Origin: Smithellaceae bacterium
Lineage (GTDB): Bacteria; Desulfobacterota; Syntrophia; Syntrophales; Smithellaceae
Direction of reading: 5' to 3'
Assembly: GCA_963667845.2 (NCBI GenBank)
Contig: CAXXVL010000002.1
Span: forward strand, 1,568,001-1,632,000
DNA: 64,000 nucleotides
Shown: piece after piece, positions 63,056 through 64,000 of the stretch
How the letters are laid out: every line of letters begins with the position of its first letter
How positions within the stretch are numbered: position 1 is the stretch's first letter
The notes under the pieces: generated by a model
What the model saw: only the letters and a program-made list of their open reading frames with translations
What the model was told of the DNA's origin: nothing
The model's database searches: none
Position numbers and translations under genes: made by a program

Positions 63056-64000
63056 GTGAAACGCAATCTTTTTCTTAAGATATTCTTCTCCTATCTGGTC
63101 ATCATCTGTCTCGCTTTCTTGCTTTTGAATTTTTTTATCAAAAATGAAATTCAAAAACTAATGGCGGGAAAGATTGAAGAAGAACTGTTCAGCTTCGCGG
63201 AATTGATTGACCTCAGCTCCCCCAAGGCGATGTCCGACCAGTTGCGGCAAATTGCGGCCATCTCCGGCTCCCGGGTGACGCTGGTCGATGCTCAGGGCAG
63301 GGTATTTGCCGATTCGGAAAAAGATGTCGCCCAACTGGAGAATCATCTGAACCGTCCGGAGATACAGGAAGCGAGATTGCGCGGCAAAGGGAAGTCCATC
63401 CGCTTCAGTCAGTCCCTGCGCGTGGACATGCTTTATGTCGCCGTGACGATCAAAGCAAAAGACCGGATTATCGGTTATGTCAGGCTTGCCCGTCCTCTTC
63501 ATGAAATACGGAGTCTGATCGGGAAAGTTTATCAATCTATTTTTCTCGCCATCATGATCGTTTCCGCCCTATCCCTGCTGATAGCCCTTTTCATTTCTTA
63601 CCGTCTGTCTGAGCCCATCCGGATGATGGAAAGGTTTACCGAAAGACTTCGTCATGGCGAGCCTTCCGGGAATATCATATTGCATACTGCCGACGAAACG
63701 AAGAAACTGGCGGACAACATCAACTATCTGGTCGAGGAACTGCAAAATAAAATCCGGCTCGCGCAGGAAGAAAAGAGCAAACTGATGACGGCTCTGACCA
63801 GCATTAATGAGGGCGTCTTGATTCTGAACAATGACGAAAGAATTGAATTCATCAGTCCCGCGCTGGCGGATACGCTCTCCGGAGAGTATGGGGATGTCAC
63901 GGGCAAGACCCTGATGGAAGCGTTCCGTAATGTTGAATTGCAGAAGGCGTTTCAGACCTTCAAGCAAACGCGAAATCAGGTTTCGCGCGAAATCACGCTG
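63056..64000 (+). CDS. phoR: PhoR-type sensor histidine kinase, 3' truncated (not in ORF track)
   Basis: Open frame from GTG: MKRNLFLKIFFSYL..RVTLVDAQGRVFADS..ENHLNRPEIQEA..DMLYVA, second TM, HAMP, PAS start (SINEGVL). Confidence 0.88.
   Translation, partial: MKRNLFLKIFFSYLVIICLAFLLLNFFIKNEIQKLMAGKIEEELFSFAELIDLSSPKAMSDQLRQIAAISGSRVTLVDAQGRVFADSEKDVAQLENHLNRPEIQEARLRGKGKSIRFSQSLRVDMLYVAVTIKAKDRIIGYVRLARPLHEIRSLIGKVYQSIFLAIMIVSALSLLIALFISYRLSEPIRMMERFTERLRHGEPSGNIILHTADETKKLADNINYLVEELQNKIRLAQEEKSKLMTALTSINEGVLILNNDERIEFISPALADTLSGEYGDVTGKTLMEAFRNVELQKAFQTFKQTRNQVSREITL

Noticed and set aside
1..64000. CRISPR array, rRNA, tRNA-Sec, transposase or prophage genes
   Set aside because: No regularly spaced repeats or recognisable sequences of these kinds were seen.

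Overview
Chromosomal segment of an anaerobic, selenocysteine-using deltaproteobacterium. A Syntrophales/Smithella-like syntroph is inferred from gene content only. (1) 1-15.1 kb: formate dehydrogenase (FDH) / Mo-W cassette bounded by two identical fdnI copies. It holds fdhE, a cytoplasmic Sec-FDH alpha subunit, modABC, FmdE- and DUF364-family genes, a three-gene minus-strand operon (TiaS-N-terminal-like protein, 75-aa protein, single-subunit molybdenum-storage-protein homolog) and a Tat-exported Sec-FDH fdnGHI. Both FDH alpha genes are split in the ORF track by in-frame UGA codons followed by SECIS-like hairpins. (2) 15.3-26 kb: housekeeping genes (rfaE1, DUF4416, yicC, gmk, rpoZ, pyrF, rlmB, pilC, tRNA-Pro, DUF1178), then a cysteine synthase fused to a degenerate cysteinyl-tRNA synthetase, closely followed by MEMO1- and AMMECR1-family genes. 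(3) 26-55.1 kb: tRNA cluster, secE-nusG, L11/L10 operons, rpoBC and the str/S10/spc/alpha ribosomal operons, with no tuf after thrT, no fusA and no adk at their usual positions. (4) 55.4-64 kb: Pho-box-preceded porin, small EF-Tu-domain-II-like protein, phoB, pstSCAB, phoU and partial phoR. A MITE-like element filled with nested palindromic mini-insertions lies between pstB and phoU. Best candidates for new biology: the CysM-CysRS*/MEMO/AMMECR1 unit, the putative Mo/W storage operon with a shared FDH operator, and the nested palindrome element. All family calls come from motif recognition, not database searches.
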